Assembly (NCBI RefSeq): GCF_036321535.1
Contig: NC_087436.1
Coordinates: forward strand, 101,806,001 to 101,870,000
Direction: 5' to 3'
Length of the DNA: 64,000 bases
From: Camelus dromedarius
Lineage: Eukaryota
Part shown: one piece after another, positions 1 through 12,109 of the stretch
How positions within the stretch are numbered: the stretch's first letter is position 1
Layout: every line of letters begins with the position of its first letter
Notes under the pieces: generated by a model
What the model was told of the DNA's origin: nothing
Seen by the model: only the letters and a program-made list of their open reading frames with translations
Databases searched by the model: none
Position numbers and translations under genes: made by a program

Positions 1-554
1 CTAGGGCAAGTGTGAAATAATGGTGGTAACAATAGCAGTGTCTTTAACAGTTCCTGTGAAGACATATTACCTTGTCTTACCTCCTTGATTTATTATTTTC
101 TGAGTATTATCCTTCAACTTTCATAGATTCCAGAAGTAGACAAGAGGAAGAAACCCCCATGTTTTAAGGGCTGGTCAAATTGTTACAGTCTAGTAGAGAA
201 GGTTTGCCTAACAAAGAAATTTCAGGCTATTGCAAATTTATATCGATACAATTTAAGATAATTTGTGATAAGTAGTTCTTTTGGGATAAAACTGGAGAAA
301 AGAAAACATATTTAGATGGTTTAATTATAATGATATGATTGATTTTACTTGAGATTCAAGTTTGAACATTCCAGTAGTTGGATTTGGTTTCAACTTTTAC
401 TCAGATGTTATTTGAGACCTGCACTCAGTGTAGGTCCATGATAGATGAACTTGAGGTAAAAGAAATATTTTCCTATAATATAGAAGACAAAATTCAAAAT
501 CTGCAAGACAGAGGAATGCCTATACAAATGTCTTTACCTACATGGACAAAATTT

Positions 555-2276
555 AATTCCTTTATTGTGGATCTAAGTTTCTACTTGGTAAAATTTTCCT
601 TGTGCTTGAAGGAATTTTTTTTTAATATTTCTTGCAGTGCAGGTCCCCTAGTAATGAGTTATTTTGGGTTTTGTCTACATAATAGTTCTTATTTCATCTT
701 TATTTTTGAAAACTATTTTCACTGATGAAGAATTCTTGACTGGTAATTTGCTGGTTTTTCTTTCAATATTTTAAAGATATTGCCTTACTGTGCTCTGGCT
801 TGAATTGTTTCTGAAGAGAAATATGCTGTCATAGTTATCTTTATTTAATTGTACCTAACATACTTTTTTTTTTCTCTAGTTGCTTTTAAGATATCTTCTT
901 TATTATTACTTTTTTGAAAAATTTACTTAATTCACACCTTTGTGCAGTTTTATTAATGCTTCTTGTATTTGGAGTTCTTAGAGCTTTTGGATCTGTGGTT
1001 TTATAGTTTACATCAAATTTGCAAAATGATTTCAGCCACCTTTAAAAAAATTGTCCCCATCCTTCCTAAGGATTCCTATTATACATATATTTGGCTGCTT
1101 GAAGTTGTACCACAGTTCACTGGCGGTCTCTTCTTTCTTTTACAAGTTACTTTTATCCATGTTTCATTTCAGACATTTTCTGTTGTTATGCCTTCAAGTC
1201 TACTTCAAATATACTATTTTTTTTTTCCAGAAATGTTTAGTGTGATCTTTATCTCATGCAGCATATTTTTCATCACTGACATTTTCATTTTCATTTGTAG
1301 AATCTGATTTTGTTTCTTTTAACATTTATTTAATGTCTCCATTTAGCATACAATCCTTTCTGCAGTTTCTTCAACATGTGAATTATAATTATAATAACTA
1401 TTTAGTGTTCTTGATTACTGATTCTATTATCTGTATTATTTATGGATAATTTGTATTGATTTTTTTCTTCTTTTCACTGTGAATTATAATTTCCTGTCTT
1501 TTCATATCTTGCAATTTCTCATAGGATGTCAAACCTGAAAATGTTACTCTGTTTGGAGCTAGGTATTTTTATGTACCTTTATTAAATATTCTGAAAATTT
1601 GTTATGGGACACAGTTATATTATATTAGAAACAGTTTGATTCTTTTGAGTTTTTGATTTTAAAGCATTTTGAGTTGAGTCCACAGTAAATTTTAGTCTAA
1701 AGTTCATTTCTCCCCACCACAGAGGTAAGAATCCTCTTAGTCTAATGGCTTCTCTGTGAATTATGAGGTTTTCCCGTCAGGCTGATGGGAACATATTTTT
1801 CTCTGGTCCTGTGTGAACTGGGGGCACTACTGCCTCTAACCTTTTCAGTTGATTATCTCTCTAGCCATCGGCAATACCCTCATATATACACTGACTAGTG
1901 TTCAGATGAGTATTTGAGAGGAATACTGTGAAGATCTCCAAAGTTCTCTCTCTGAAGCACTCTCTCCACTTTGTTCTGTGAACTCCAGCCATCTTGGATT
2001 CTCTGGATTCCCAACTCCATATTTTCAAGTCAAAGAGACTTCCAGCCTCTGCCTGAGTTTTCCCTCTCTTCACCATGGCCTGAAAACTTTATTTAGGCTG
2101 AAGACTGGGAAAAGGATAGTGTTTACTTTTTTCTTCAGAGATCACCGACCCTCATGACTTGATGGCTAATGCCTGAACATATGCTTTTTTAAGGCATTTT
2201 AGTCCAGTTTTTAAGTTGTTTTGATCAAGAGTGTAAAACTGGTCACTGTCACTCTATCTTGGCTTGAAGCAGTAGT
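555..2276 (-). mobile_element. Old LINE-1 (L1MC/L1MD-like) 5' UTR plus ORF1 region, degraded
   Basis: T-rich plus strand with typical antisense L1 ORF1 text (e.g. tattttcactgatgaagaattctt, ctggcttgaattgtttctgaagagaaatatgctgtc). It ends in actctatcttggcttgaagcagtagt, which resembles the reverse complement of an L1M 5' terminus. Family from recall. Confidence 0.8.
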
Positions 2277-2435
2277 GAGGGACTTATTATCTGTGCTGGT
2301 TCTACTCACTGCTGCTATTCTAAGAGAATCCATAAGATACTTTCTTTATTAATGTCTAGAGAGTACTATGGTAGACTATCAGCTTATTCCTAACATTACA
2401 GGCCGGTCTTTGATTTCCTGCTGTCTAAACCTCTA

Positions 2436-2890
2436 CCAATGGTATGTTGGAGCCAGATTTTATCACCTCACAAACTCTTATTTTTAATTTTTCAGGAATG
2501 TTGCAAACCAGTTGTTAAATACAGCCATTATTGAAAAGTGCATAATTTATAATTAAACATTATATTAAAAACAAATGTAATAAATATTCAACATTCATCA
2601 GTTATTACATCCTGCTGTAATCGATGGTCTTGAGGTTAACTGTGTTTATCCGTGTGGTGGAAATGCCTGATAACAGTGCAATAATGTGCAGTTCATCCCA
2701 ACTTTGTTTCCAGTGATATCGTTAGTAGATTAAAATCAACCATGATGTGAGTATTCACACCACAGAAATCAGGAAACACTGAAGTAGGTTTTGACTTACT
2801 ATTTTCAATTGTGTAGACTTCAGAAAGTGACAGAGAAAACATCAATAATGCAGATTAAACTTAAAAGTGTTTCATATCCTAGACAATAAA
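2436..2890 (+). mobile_element. MER63-like hAT-Blackjack DNA transposon fragment
   Basis: Starts ccaatggtatgttggagccag and continues ttttcaggaatgttgcaaaccagttgttaaatacagccattatt and gagtattcacaccacagaaat, matching the recalled MER63 consensus. No right terminal inverted repeat seen. Confidence 0.75.
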
Positions 2891-3659
2891 TAGTGAATAA
2901 GACGCCCCCAAATTTTTAGGGAATAGTCTTCCAGCAAATGAAAAGTGTGAAGTTGGGTTTTGCTACATTTATGCTTAATCTTATAAAAGAAAGGGCCTCC
3001 AAATCATAGTTTGTGAAGAGTATTTTATGAAGAACAATATTTGAAATATATCATTCATTTTGTTTGGTCAAATTAGAATATTTATATTCTTTGTATATAT
3101 TACACAGTTGTTCTCTAGTTTACTTTGATTTTTAAGAAATTATAATATCTAAGCATATTATCTATGCTCCCAATATTTCACAATACTGTCACTTTTATTT
3201 GGCTTTCTAATTCCATTTTATAGTACATAAAACATGTTCTAGATAATTGGGTTTAAAACACATACATAATACTTCTCTAATTTATTCTCATGTATAAAGT
3301 TTTTTTTTTTCCCAAGTATTTAATGGGATATAAAATTCTCAGTAATTAAAAACTTCTGACATGCATTTGCCTCTTTAATAATAGGCAAGCATCAGCATAG
3401 CTCTTTCTGTAATTTAATAGAATAAGGTTTATTTCCAACTCTTGAAGGAATTTAGAAAAAATGAATTGCGTATTTGCATTTCTTTGAAAGCCCAATTAAC
3501 GTGCAGTTTTAGGTGTGGCAGGACAAAAGATGATACTACGCAGACAGGTTGCCCTTTGGGATGTGACTTTTCTATAGTATTTTTCAGGACTAGTATGTGA
3601 TTTAATTGCCATGTATTTCAAGGTCAGAAGTCCATGCCTTAGATCTTTTCATAATTAAA

Positions 3660-3910
3660 AATATTCATTTATTCACTAAAGATGTTGATCAAGTATCATG
3701 TGTAAAGTTAAGTGTGCAAAATGCTCAGTGTTAAAAATGTGCGCCTGACAGAGACAGTTTTTTCTAGGTTTGTATACTCCACTGGAAGGAAATAATTAAA
3801 TGCAATTAAATATGACTAAAATTTTATTAAGATAAGTAATAAATTTCAACAGAATATAGAGAAGGGAGTCTCAATGTTTACCTGAAGGAGCTACAAGAGA
3901 GTTCACACAT
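3660..3910 (-). mobile_element. L2 3' fragment
   Basis: attcatttattcact tail followed by a degraded antisense L2 body. Confidence 0.45.
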
Positions 3911-4669
3911 ATTGGACATTTTCTTCCTCAATAAGCATAGTTAGTGAACCCTGGAATTATTATGTGTGAGAACAGGGGAAAAAAATCAGAGGATAATGCA
4001 ATTTTTCTTAAGTGACACCATATCATGGCTTACTGCTTACCTCCCACCACCCAGCTCAAAGGATTTACTGCACAGAGAACTATTCCTGGAGAGAGAATGC
4101 AGTTTATAAAAGAGCCTGGACAAAGAATGTTCAGGTAAATGAGAAGGAAACAGGCTTTCCACCCAGTTCATTGCTGTCGATTGGAGAAATAAGTAGAATA
4201 ATGGCAATGTCCAATGTCTCTCAGGAAGCTTCGTTTAAGAGTTCAACTGAGGGCAAAACAAAACCCACATCTCTAAGTGCCCTGAGAAGGACCGACTAGA
4301 TGGCAGCAAGAAAAGCGTATTAAGAAAAATGTTTATTCCAGTGGAGTTTCTTTCTTTAAAAAAAAATCTACTGTTTTTGGAGACTGAAAGTTGGGAGTTT
4401 ATTTCTTGAGCACAAACCTTAGAATCTAAAACTCTTCAGATGTCGTAAGTTGTTTACATACAACACATAATCTTGACGATAGTGAAAAACAATGTAAAAG
4501 GTAATGATAACCAAGTCATCCAATGTGGATGTCACTGTGAAGAATAAAGAGATTCAAATGGAATCTGTATGCTTTCTGTATAGCTTTCTGTAAAAGTTTC
4601 TGTTCAGTAAAGGACACATGAAAGTGATGTTTGATGGGTATATTCTAATGGAAATACATAATTTTGGGC

Positions 4670-4840
4670 TTGGACAAAATTGGATTGAATTCTTATTCTT
4701 CCACTTAGTATAAGGCTCTGAGCACATGCATTCTCATCTGTAAAAGGGGTACAGTAACTACTATTCACAATTGTTTTGAGGATTAAAATAAACTGAATTG
4801 TATGTAAACTATTAGTACAATGCACAGTTAAGCACTAGAA
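4670..4840 (+). mobile_element. MIR SINE
   Basis: Core ctcatctgtaaaagggg...ttgttttgaggattaaa...tgtaaa. Confidence 0.75.
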
Positions 4841-5221
4841 CAAAATAAGAACTAATTAAAGAGACTCTCATTTTGTGATCTGTATTATTTCTTGATGCCA
4901 GAAAATTTATTTTACATTGTAACACTCCTGTATATTGTTTGTGATGAATTTTTCATTCCTCACCAGATTTCACCTGAGGAATTAATAAAAACCCTGAATA
5001 GTCAATAAAAAGTCTACATATAGTTGATCATTTGAGATTCTTTTGTATAGTGAAACCTAAATTACAACCAAAACTTATTTATTTCCCATCCCTTTCTGAT
5101 AACTATATTAGTTCTTATAATAACGTGTCTCTAGTATTGTACCAGTAGAAATAGAAATATTCATTAAACACCATAACCACTAGCTTATGCATTGTATGCA
5201 TATATTATATAATAATATTGT

Positions 5222-5450
5222 ATAGAGGTCCTACTCTGGACCAGACACTATGATGAGTGATCAGGGACTGAAAATAATTAAGACACAATCGTGACCCCTA
5301 GTTGCTGACATGGTACCAGAGTCCTATGCACGCATTATTGCTAGAGTGTTGCAAGGGTTGTAATAAATACAAAGTATAGTGGCAATATAGAAAAAGAGCT
5401 GATGACTCAACACTGTGAGTAGATAAGTCAGAAAATACATCTAAGAATAA
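5222..5450 (-). mobile_element. L2 3' fragment
   Basis: cctactctggaccagacactatg...aattaagacacaatc resembles the antisense L2 end. Confidence 0.5.
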
Positions 5451-6536
5451 AGATATTGGGATTTTATTTTCTATGATTGGATGGAATTAAGTATAGAAAC
5501 AAGGAGCAAATCTTGTCTCGGTATCCAAACAAGAAAAGGAAGATACAGGTACAAAAATAATCAAACTCTTCATCTACGATGTCCCTAAGGTAAAACTTAA
5601 AAGTTTTGTACTCTCAATAAAAAAATAATGTCTTCAAAAAATTACCACTTACGTTTTTAACCTCTGTTGGGGTGAAATTGGCAAACTTTGCCCATCTTCA
5701 GCAAAATATTTTATCAGTACTAATTTAATTCACTCATACTGAGTCTATAATTTCTAATTCAGTGTTATTTTATTTCTTTCATTGGTCTGTTTATCTACTG
5801 GTTATATATATATGTAGAATATATACAGAACATATAGAATATATATGTACATATAACCAGTATATATATACATCTATATATCCCTTTTAATTTTCCTGAA
5901 TTTTCCTTGTTTTATTCTGTTCTCTTCCTTTTATAGCTTTTATTACATTCATTTTCAATAGAATGTACAGTTGTTTTCACTGTCAAGGAATAACCTGGCA
6001 GATCATTTGATTTTCTTTTCTGTCATATGGCACATATGGAAATTGGATTGGTTAAAAAAAAAAGAGATCTGGAGAAATTCCAAAGGGCATAATTGCATTG
6101 TTTATCATTTATACTCCCTTGAGTAATTCAGTGGAGTGGAAGACATCAACTTTTACCACATGTAAAATTATTTTTCTTTTTGAACCTTAAAATGATCTCT
6201 GTGTTACCTGTGGATTCCTTATTTTTCCAAGTGGATTATGGTTTTATATGGTTATAGCTTTTTTTGTAATTTGATCTCCTTAGGCATGATATAAAACCGA
6301 CTTTTTCTCACTAAATCTTTTCCCTGTGAACACTTTGTTTTTCCAATTTTCTACTCAGGTAGGTCATAACAAATACTTTATTTTTAATAGTCTGGAAAAA
6401 TTATGAAAAGCTTGTTTCTGTTGTTTTTTCCATTATAGTTTAAATTCATTTTCATTCTCTGCATTGAACAAAAGCAGGAAATTTGGTAAATCTAATCCTA
6501 TCTTCTTCTATTTTTATTGTTATTGCTAATTATTAT

Positions 6537-6876
6537 TGTAGATAGAATAGCCCTCCCTACCCCCAACCCCCAGCAAGGTGACTACATGCTGATGTGATTA
6601 AGTATCTTGATTTGAGAAGACTACCTAGGTTGGACCAAAGTAATCAAAGTAATCACAAAGGTCATATAAATGTGGTCAAGGTCGAGGACAAAAGAAATTC
6701 CACCTCTGGACAGCAGGTTTATCCCAGGTCCAAGAGTTACCAGCTGCTCTTCCTGATGGACTACTCTCAAGACTTTGGGCTTGCCCCAATTTCGTGTAAG
6801 CTGATTAATTGCTATCCATTTCTTAATACATATTTCTTATAGGTTCTGTTTCTCTAGCTGAACTCTGATGGGCACA
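6537..6876 (+). mobile_element. Solo LTR with MLT1D-like 5' part and MLT2D-like 3' part
   Basis: TG...CA ends. The 5' part gatgtgattaagtatcttga...gtaatcacaaaggtc is MLT1D-like. The 3' part gaaattccacctctggacagcag...ggttctgtttctctagctgaactctga is MLT2D-like. Confidence 0.7.
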
Positions 6877-7589
6877 GTTCCTAGTGTGATTGCTGTGGAA
6901 TTATTTGCTAATGGCAAACCTTCTAATGAGATCAACATGTTCCAGAATTGAGTATTTTGACCTAAATAAGCAAACTGTCTCGAAAATGGTAAACACGGTT
7001 TCTTTCAAAGGGTAGAACTGTTTCTTATTTAAGTGATCAAAGAAAGTAATAGCCTCTCTTCCAACACACTAGGATAAATTGACATGAAAGGTGAGATACT
7101 ACACTCTCAAGGAAAGAGAGTTTTCTCTTTCTACAGCATATATTTGAAAATTTTATACTTTGCCAATGGAGCTTTCAAAGACGTAAGTTAGAAGACATCA
7201 CGAGTACCACATCTCACTATTATCAATTTTCTTCACTGGAATACACGAGGACATTTCGATATGTGCATTCTCAACCTCAACGCCCTTTGCAGTGTTCTTG
7301 AGGGTGCGCTACATACATACTCCTGGAATTTAAGGGTATAATGGCTTGCCTAATTTACTATTAAATCCAAGTTTCACCTGCTGTGCAATGCACACTCACT
7401 GAGCTAAAGAGGAGGCATATTTTTTCCCTATTTTGTAGTTACCATAAGCTTTTTAAAATTTATGTTTCAAAATGTATTCTATTTTTCCTTTACCAAAGTA
7501 TCAAAAGTTACTTTTTGCTATAGCTTATGATAAATGATTTACTGGTATGACAAATGGAGAATTGGTTTCAGGCGAGTCTTGGTCTGGCT

Positions 7590-7960
7590 GCCTAACTGAT
7601 GATACCAATGACATAAACTGCCTATTTGTCTTTTCTATGCCTTCTGCAGGGTGAATTTTCTTCAGTCTTCAGATGGTGGCTTAAGGTGATTCAGTATCTT
7701 CCCTCATAAGAGTAAAATGACTATAGTAAGTTTGGATTTTGAAAGCTCCCGCTGTGTCATCCAGAGATTCCTCTCTTTGCTGCTTGCCTGAATTTGTGCA
7801 AGTAGCCAACTATGAATCAGTCACTTTTGCCAAGAGAATGGGATGTTCTCAGTGGCTTGAGCCCCTCAGGGTAGGCCCATCGCTGGAGCTTCGGAGTGGA
7901 TTCAGTCTCATCCAAAACACAAGAATGGTTATGATGAATTCCACAAGGTGGTTGGGGGGG
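7590..7960 (-). mobile_element. Old ERVL-MaLR LTR (MLT1J/K-like), degraded
   Basis: tgaatcagtcacttttgccaagagaatgggatgttctcagtggc resembles the antisense MLT1K core. Confidence 0.45.
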
Positions 7961-8084
7961 ATAGATATGGTAAAGGGAATCATCAACTCTGCAGTTCAGA
8001 AAATTGTTTTACTGAAGTACGCCTGATAGTGTATTCATTTTTCCAGAATACATAAGGTATGCAGATGAAGAAACCAATAATGAT

Positions 8085-8530
8085 AATAAACAACTAATTA
8101 TTGTGTTTATTATTGAATTATTATAATAATTATTGAACTCTCAGGAAGCATGGTTTTTTTTTTCTTTCTTTTCTTAATGGAGGTAATGGGGACTGAAACC
8201 AGAACCTGAAGCATGCACTGTACCACTGAGCTATTACCCTCCCCCTAGGAAGTATTGCTATAAATGCTTTAGATGTATCTATTCCCTTCATCTTCACAAA
8301 TAATACAATAGGAATGTAATAATATTATCCCCCACTTATTAATGGCTAAACTGTGGCATGGAACGTGTATTTGACCAAGGCCACTCAGCCAGGGAATGAA
8401 TATAGAGAATAAGATTCCAGACCCTGAAATCTTAAAAATATATAACATGTAATTTTAAAGGAAAGATTGAAAAGCTTACCGAAGGTCATAAAGAACCTAA
8501 GTGTAAGAGTTGAGATCTGAATCCATGCTC
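8085..8530 (-). mobile_element. MIR fragments interrupted by a younger SINE
   Basis: tattatcccccact...aaactgtggc...ttgaccaaggccactcagc is antisense MIR core. Confidence 0.6.
8154..8245 (-). mobile_element. Camelid tRNA-derived SINE (Vic-1-like), short internally deleted copy
   Basis: Minus strand reads GGGGAGGGTAATAGCTCAGTGGTACAGTGCATGCTTCAGGTTCTGGTTTCAGTCCCCATTACCTCCATTAAG followed by an A-rich tail. Flanked by imperfect TSD aggaagcat (8143-8151) / aggaagtat (8247-8255). Confidence 0.85.
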
Positions 8531-9592
8531 CCTAAAGATAATTTTCCATTTCACAGTTTAAATCTTCTTTCTGAATTAAATTATGTGTACTAATGGCTCA
8601 AATATAAACATACAACAATTTATTTATTAATAATTTATTCATTACTGCAGTCATGTACTCAGTTAATATTAAATGAGATACCGCCTGTGAATAGTGATGA
8701 GCTTAAACCTGACAGCAGATACTTTGTAACTGGTTAATGAACAGACAAATTAACTAAGTGATGTTTTTAAAACCATGATAGCTTTTTCCCATTGGTTGGA
8801 ATTCTTTCATATTAATTATTTATTACTACATTTAATATCACAAATATCCCTCAAGTTAATGTTTAAAAATATATTCCTTATAATAGTTAATCAATTAACA
8901 GAATTTTATGAAAATACATTTACCCAAATATTCAGAAAGTACGTCATTCTCCCAAATTCAGTGTAAATGAATTATGTGACTACCAAACACTGATTCATTA
9001 GCCTAAAAGCAAAATGCCTTTAACAGCTTTCCAGTGTCTCTGAGGCAAAAATATTCCAGAAAATTTATTTTGCAAAGTAACTAGTAATTATCTCTCAGTT
9101 AAATAAATTAAATGAAATAAAAAATGATTCTAAAATTATAATTCCATATTCTTAAGAAAATGTAAACCAGAAAGTATAGTCTGTCTTATGCCAATATGAA
9201 TGCCAATGAGATTTTAGTCTTATTTTTTCATGTTAAATTCTTCAACAAGTAATGCTACTATCTTGTCATTAAAAAGCATACCAAATGGCAGAAATATATT
9301 CTTATCTGTTTTTAAACAAATCAAAATTATTTAAGTAAAATCTTAGCTCCTGTTTATTCGTGTGTGTGCATCATCAGTGCCATGTTTAAGCCTTAGTAAT
9401 TTCATATACACACACCTGTGCATAAAAGATTGGCATTTGTTTTTATTAAACCCTAGAATGGCATCAACAAATGCTCTTTTCCCTGTTAGGGCTTTAGTAA
9501 CCTGGTTGTCTTCAAAGTTATACTCAGATATGACTTCGGCAAAAGCTAAAGAAAAGGGTTTTCTTTTTTCTGTTGGTGTTCATCCAGATTCC

Positions 9593-9999
9593 TTTTTTTT
9601 TTTTTTTTTTAAGGTGGCTACACTCTTCTTTAAATGTTTTGAGTGTTGGCTACTAATGCTCACAGCACTTCCTTATGAGAACCACCTTCCTCGGACAGGA
9701 GCTAACTAGCTTGCTGGACAGCAGGTTGCTTGGCAAGAGTAAGCCTCTCACCCACCACCCCACCCATCCAAGATGCCTGGTGTTTCAAGAATATAGAGTC
9801 ATCCTTGAGGGTTGCCTGTCATATCTGGATTAGAGTGTGGGCCTGTGGGAAGTGGAGGAAGACACCTGTCCCAAATTCCCTGCCCTTGATAGGGGTCTGG
9901 CTCACTGGTCTGGTGGATGGTGGGAGGGGGCCCTGGTAGTTGAGCAGTTCCCCCAAGAATGCCAAGTCATGGGCCAGAGACATCTGTGGTGGTCCATTC
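9593..9999 (-). pseudogene. Possible 5'-truncated retrocopy (GC-rich insert with poly(A)), source unidentified
   Basis: T18 run at 9593-9610 and an abrupt GC-rich block, bracketed by an 11/13 direct repeat (9580-9592, 10000-10012). Could instead be an unrecognised LTR. Confidence 0.35.
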
Positions 10000-10225
10000 T
10001 CATCCAGAACCCAGGAAATACCTGTGTTTGGGGTAGTATGACATGAAATAGCAAATATAAAACACCACAACAGGTTGAGAGACCATAAAGGAAAAGTACA
10101 AAGTTACAATTTAGCATTTTTCCTCTGCTTTTGAATGAGGTCATTCTCTTCCTAAAAAGAGACATCTACACCTCTAGGTTTTTTTCCATATCTTTTTTTA
10201 CATGTACCACTGTGTGGATGACTAC

Positions 10226-10740
10226 TGTGTTGGTCTCCCATGGCTGCTATGATACATCACCCAAATTTAGTGTCTCAAAATGATACAAATTTATTAACTT
10301 ACAATTCTGTAGTTTAGAAACCCAGAATGGGACCCAGTGGGCTAAAATTGAACTGCTAGCAAGACTGCATTCTTTTCTGCACTGTTGCTGTCACTGAGAA
10401 TCTGTTCCCTGCCCTTCACATCATCTTGAGTCACTCTGCATTCTTTTGCTTGTAGCCACCTCATCCATCTTCAAAGTCAGCAACTGCCAGGCTCAGTCCT
10501 TCCAACGTTACATCACTCTGTGCTCCTCTTCTACCTCACTTTTCTGACACATAGATCCTTGTGATTGCACTGGGCCCACCCTGATAATCCAGAATAATCT
10601 ATTTTTAAGGTAGGAGATTAGCAATCTTAATTCCATTTTCTATGTTAATTCTCCCTTTGCAAGGGAAAAATAACCTATTAACAAATTTCGGGAATTAGAA
10701 TATAGACATCTTTGGGGGATATATTTTTCTGCTTACCAAA
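10226..10740 (-). mobile_element. MLT1D solo LTR (ERVL-MaLR), near full length
   Basis: Runs from tgtgttggtctcccatggctgct through tccatcttcaaagtcagcaac and tgggcccaccctgataatccagaataatct to gacatctttggggg...ctgcttaccaaa. Confidence 0.85.
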
Positions 10741-10936
10741 ACTCTCAAATCAAAATAAGTATTTGTAAGGTCTAGATAGGAATTTTAAAAGAAATCTAAG
10801 AATTTAACCTCCAAAACTTATTCTCCTCTAGATGGCACAAGAAATTATCTTTTTGTTTACCTTTCCATAAATTAGCAAAATCTACTGATATCACCAAAGC
10901 ATATTTCTCTAATTGCCGTTCTTTTTCACTATCTTT

Positions 10937-11300
10937 GCATTAGTTAGGTTAATGTTAGTTGTGATGATAAATAAAGCTTCAATACTTAGTATCTTAACAC
11001 AAATATGTTTACCTCTTAGTCATGCAATATTTTGATGAGTGTGTTCAATAGCTGGCATTTTACAAAGTGACTCAGAGACACAGAATCCTACCAATTTATG
11101 GGTCAGTCATCTCAGAGGGCCACAGAGTCCTTTTCTCCAAGCAGGCAGATAGCTGATAAAGGACATAGAAAACTCATATAAATTTTATCCCATTGTCCAG
11201 GAAATTGTACATCACTTCATTTTATATCCATTAGTTATGCAGTTGTGCTTACACTTAAGGATACTAGAAACATAATTCCTGGCCTTATAGTTACTTGCCA
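10937..11300 (-). mobile_element. Old MLT1 (J/L-like) LTR
   Basis: tagttagg...tcttaacacaaatatgttta...agtgactcagagacacag pattern. Confidence 0.55.
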
Positions 11301-11653
11301 GGAAAACAAAAACAAAACCCCAAAACACAGCAGTACGTCTGGGCCAAAGTCTGACTATCAGTCCACAAAATACTTTGCAAGTACTTCTTCCCATGCACAA
11401 AGTGCCCTCAGCCAAAGGAGATGCCACTTTATCAGATCTGAATATACACTCTTCTTTATTATGTCTGGATAGTAGATCCCATGGCCTGAAAATGTATGAA
11501 TGAACATAATTTAATTACAACACTTGATGTACAACAATGGATGACTACCATAGACACTCCCCTTAGGGAAAGGAAAGGCTGCTCCTAGCACACGTAGGGG
11601 TCGCTGCTTCACACCAAGAATTACATCTACCAGCCCGGCATTGTGAGGTCCTT

Positions 11654-12109
11654 TATCAAGAATCATGAAGTAGGAAGTGTTACCCTCCCTGCAGTCTATT
11701 AACTTGACCGGTTTTGCAGATACTAGTCGACTAAACAAGATTTCTAGGCTACAGACGAAGGACAGTTTAATATTTAAGCACTCTCCATTGTATCAGCATT
11801 TTCTTGTACTAGTTCTCTGAGCCCCGCCTTTCACAGGGTTCATGAAAGCCCTGTCTGTCACTGTCACAAACAATGAGCTGTGTTACAGTAGATGAAACAT
11901 GAGCTGAAGGAGTCTGAATCTTTTATAGCTGGCAGGAAATGAACCTGCTCTTAACTCTATCTTTCAAGGCTGTATGATATAGAGAAATGTTTGATATATA
12001 CAAAGTTTGCCATATAGAAAGCATTAAAAGGATAGTCTGGAACAGGAAGGTAATTACTGGCTCACTCACAAAATGTGAGCAAAAACCCACAGAGAATTGC
12101 TTCCCAAAA
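11654..12109 (-). mobile_element. LTR40-like ERVL LTR
   Basis: Matches the reverse complement of recalled LTR40: aaggacagttta, gtatcagcattttcttg, tgaatcttttata, ctctatctttcaaggctgt, aaaaggatagtctggaaca, gagaattgcttcccaa. Confidence 0.75.

Noticed and set aside
378..1307. ORFs of 115 and 114 aa
   Set aside because: Phe/Leu/Ile-rich frames read largely from the antisense strand of a decayed L1
7650..7685. 36-nt frame-preserving micro-exon candidate (ttctgcag|...ttaag|gtgatt)
   Set aside because: Weak donor, lies within an old MLT1-like LTR, and the peptide is unrecognisable
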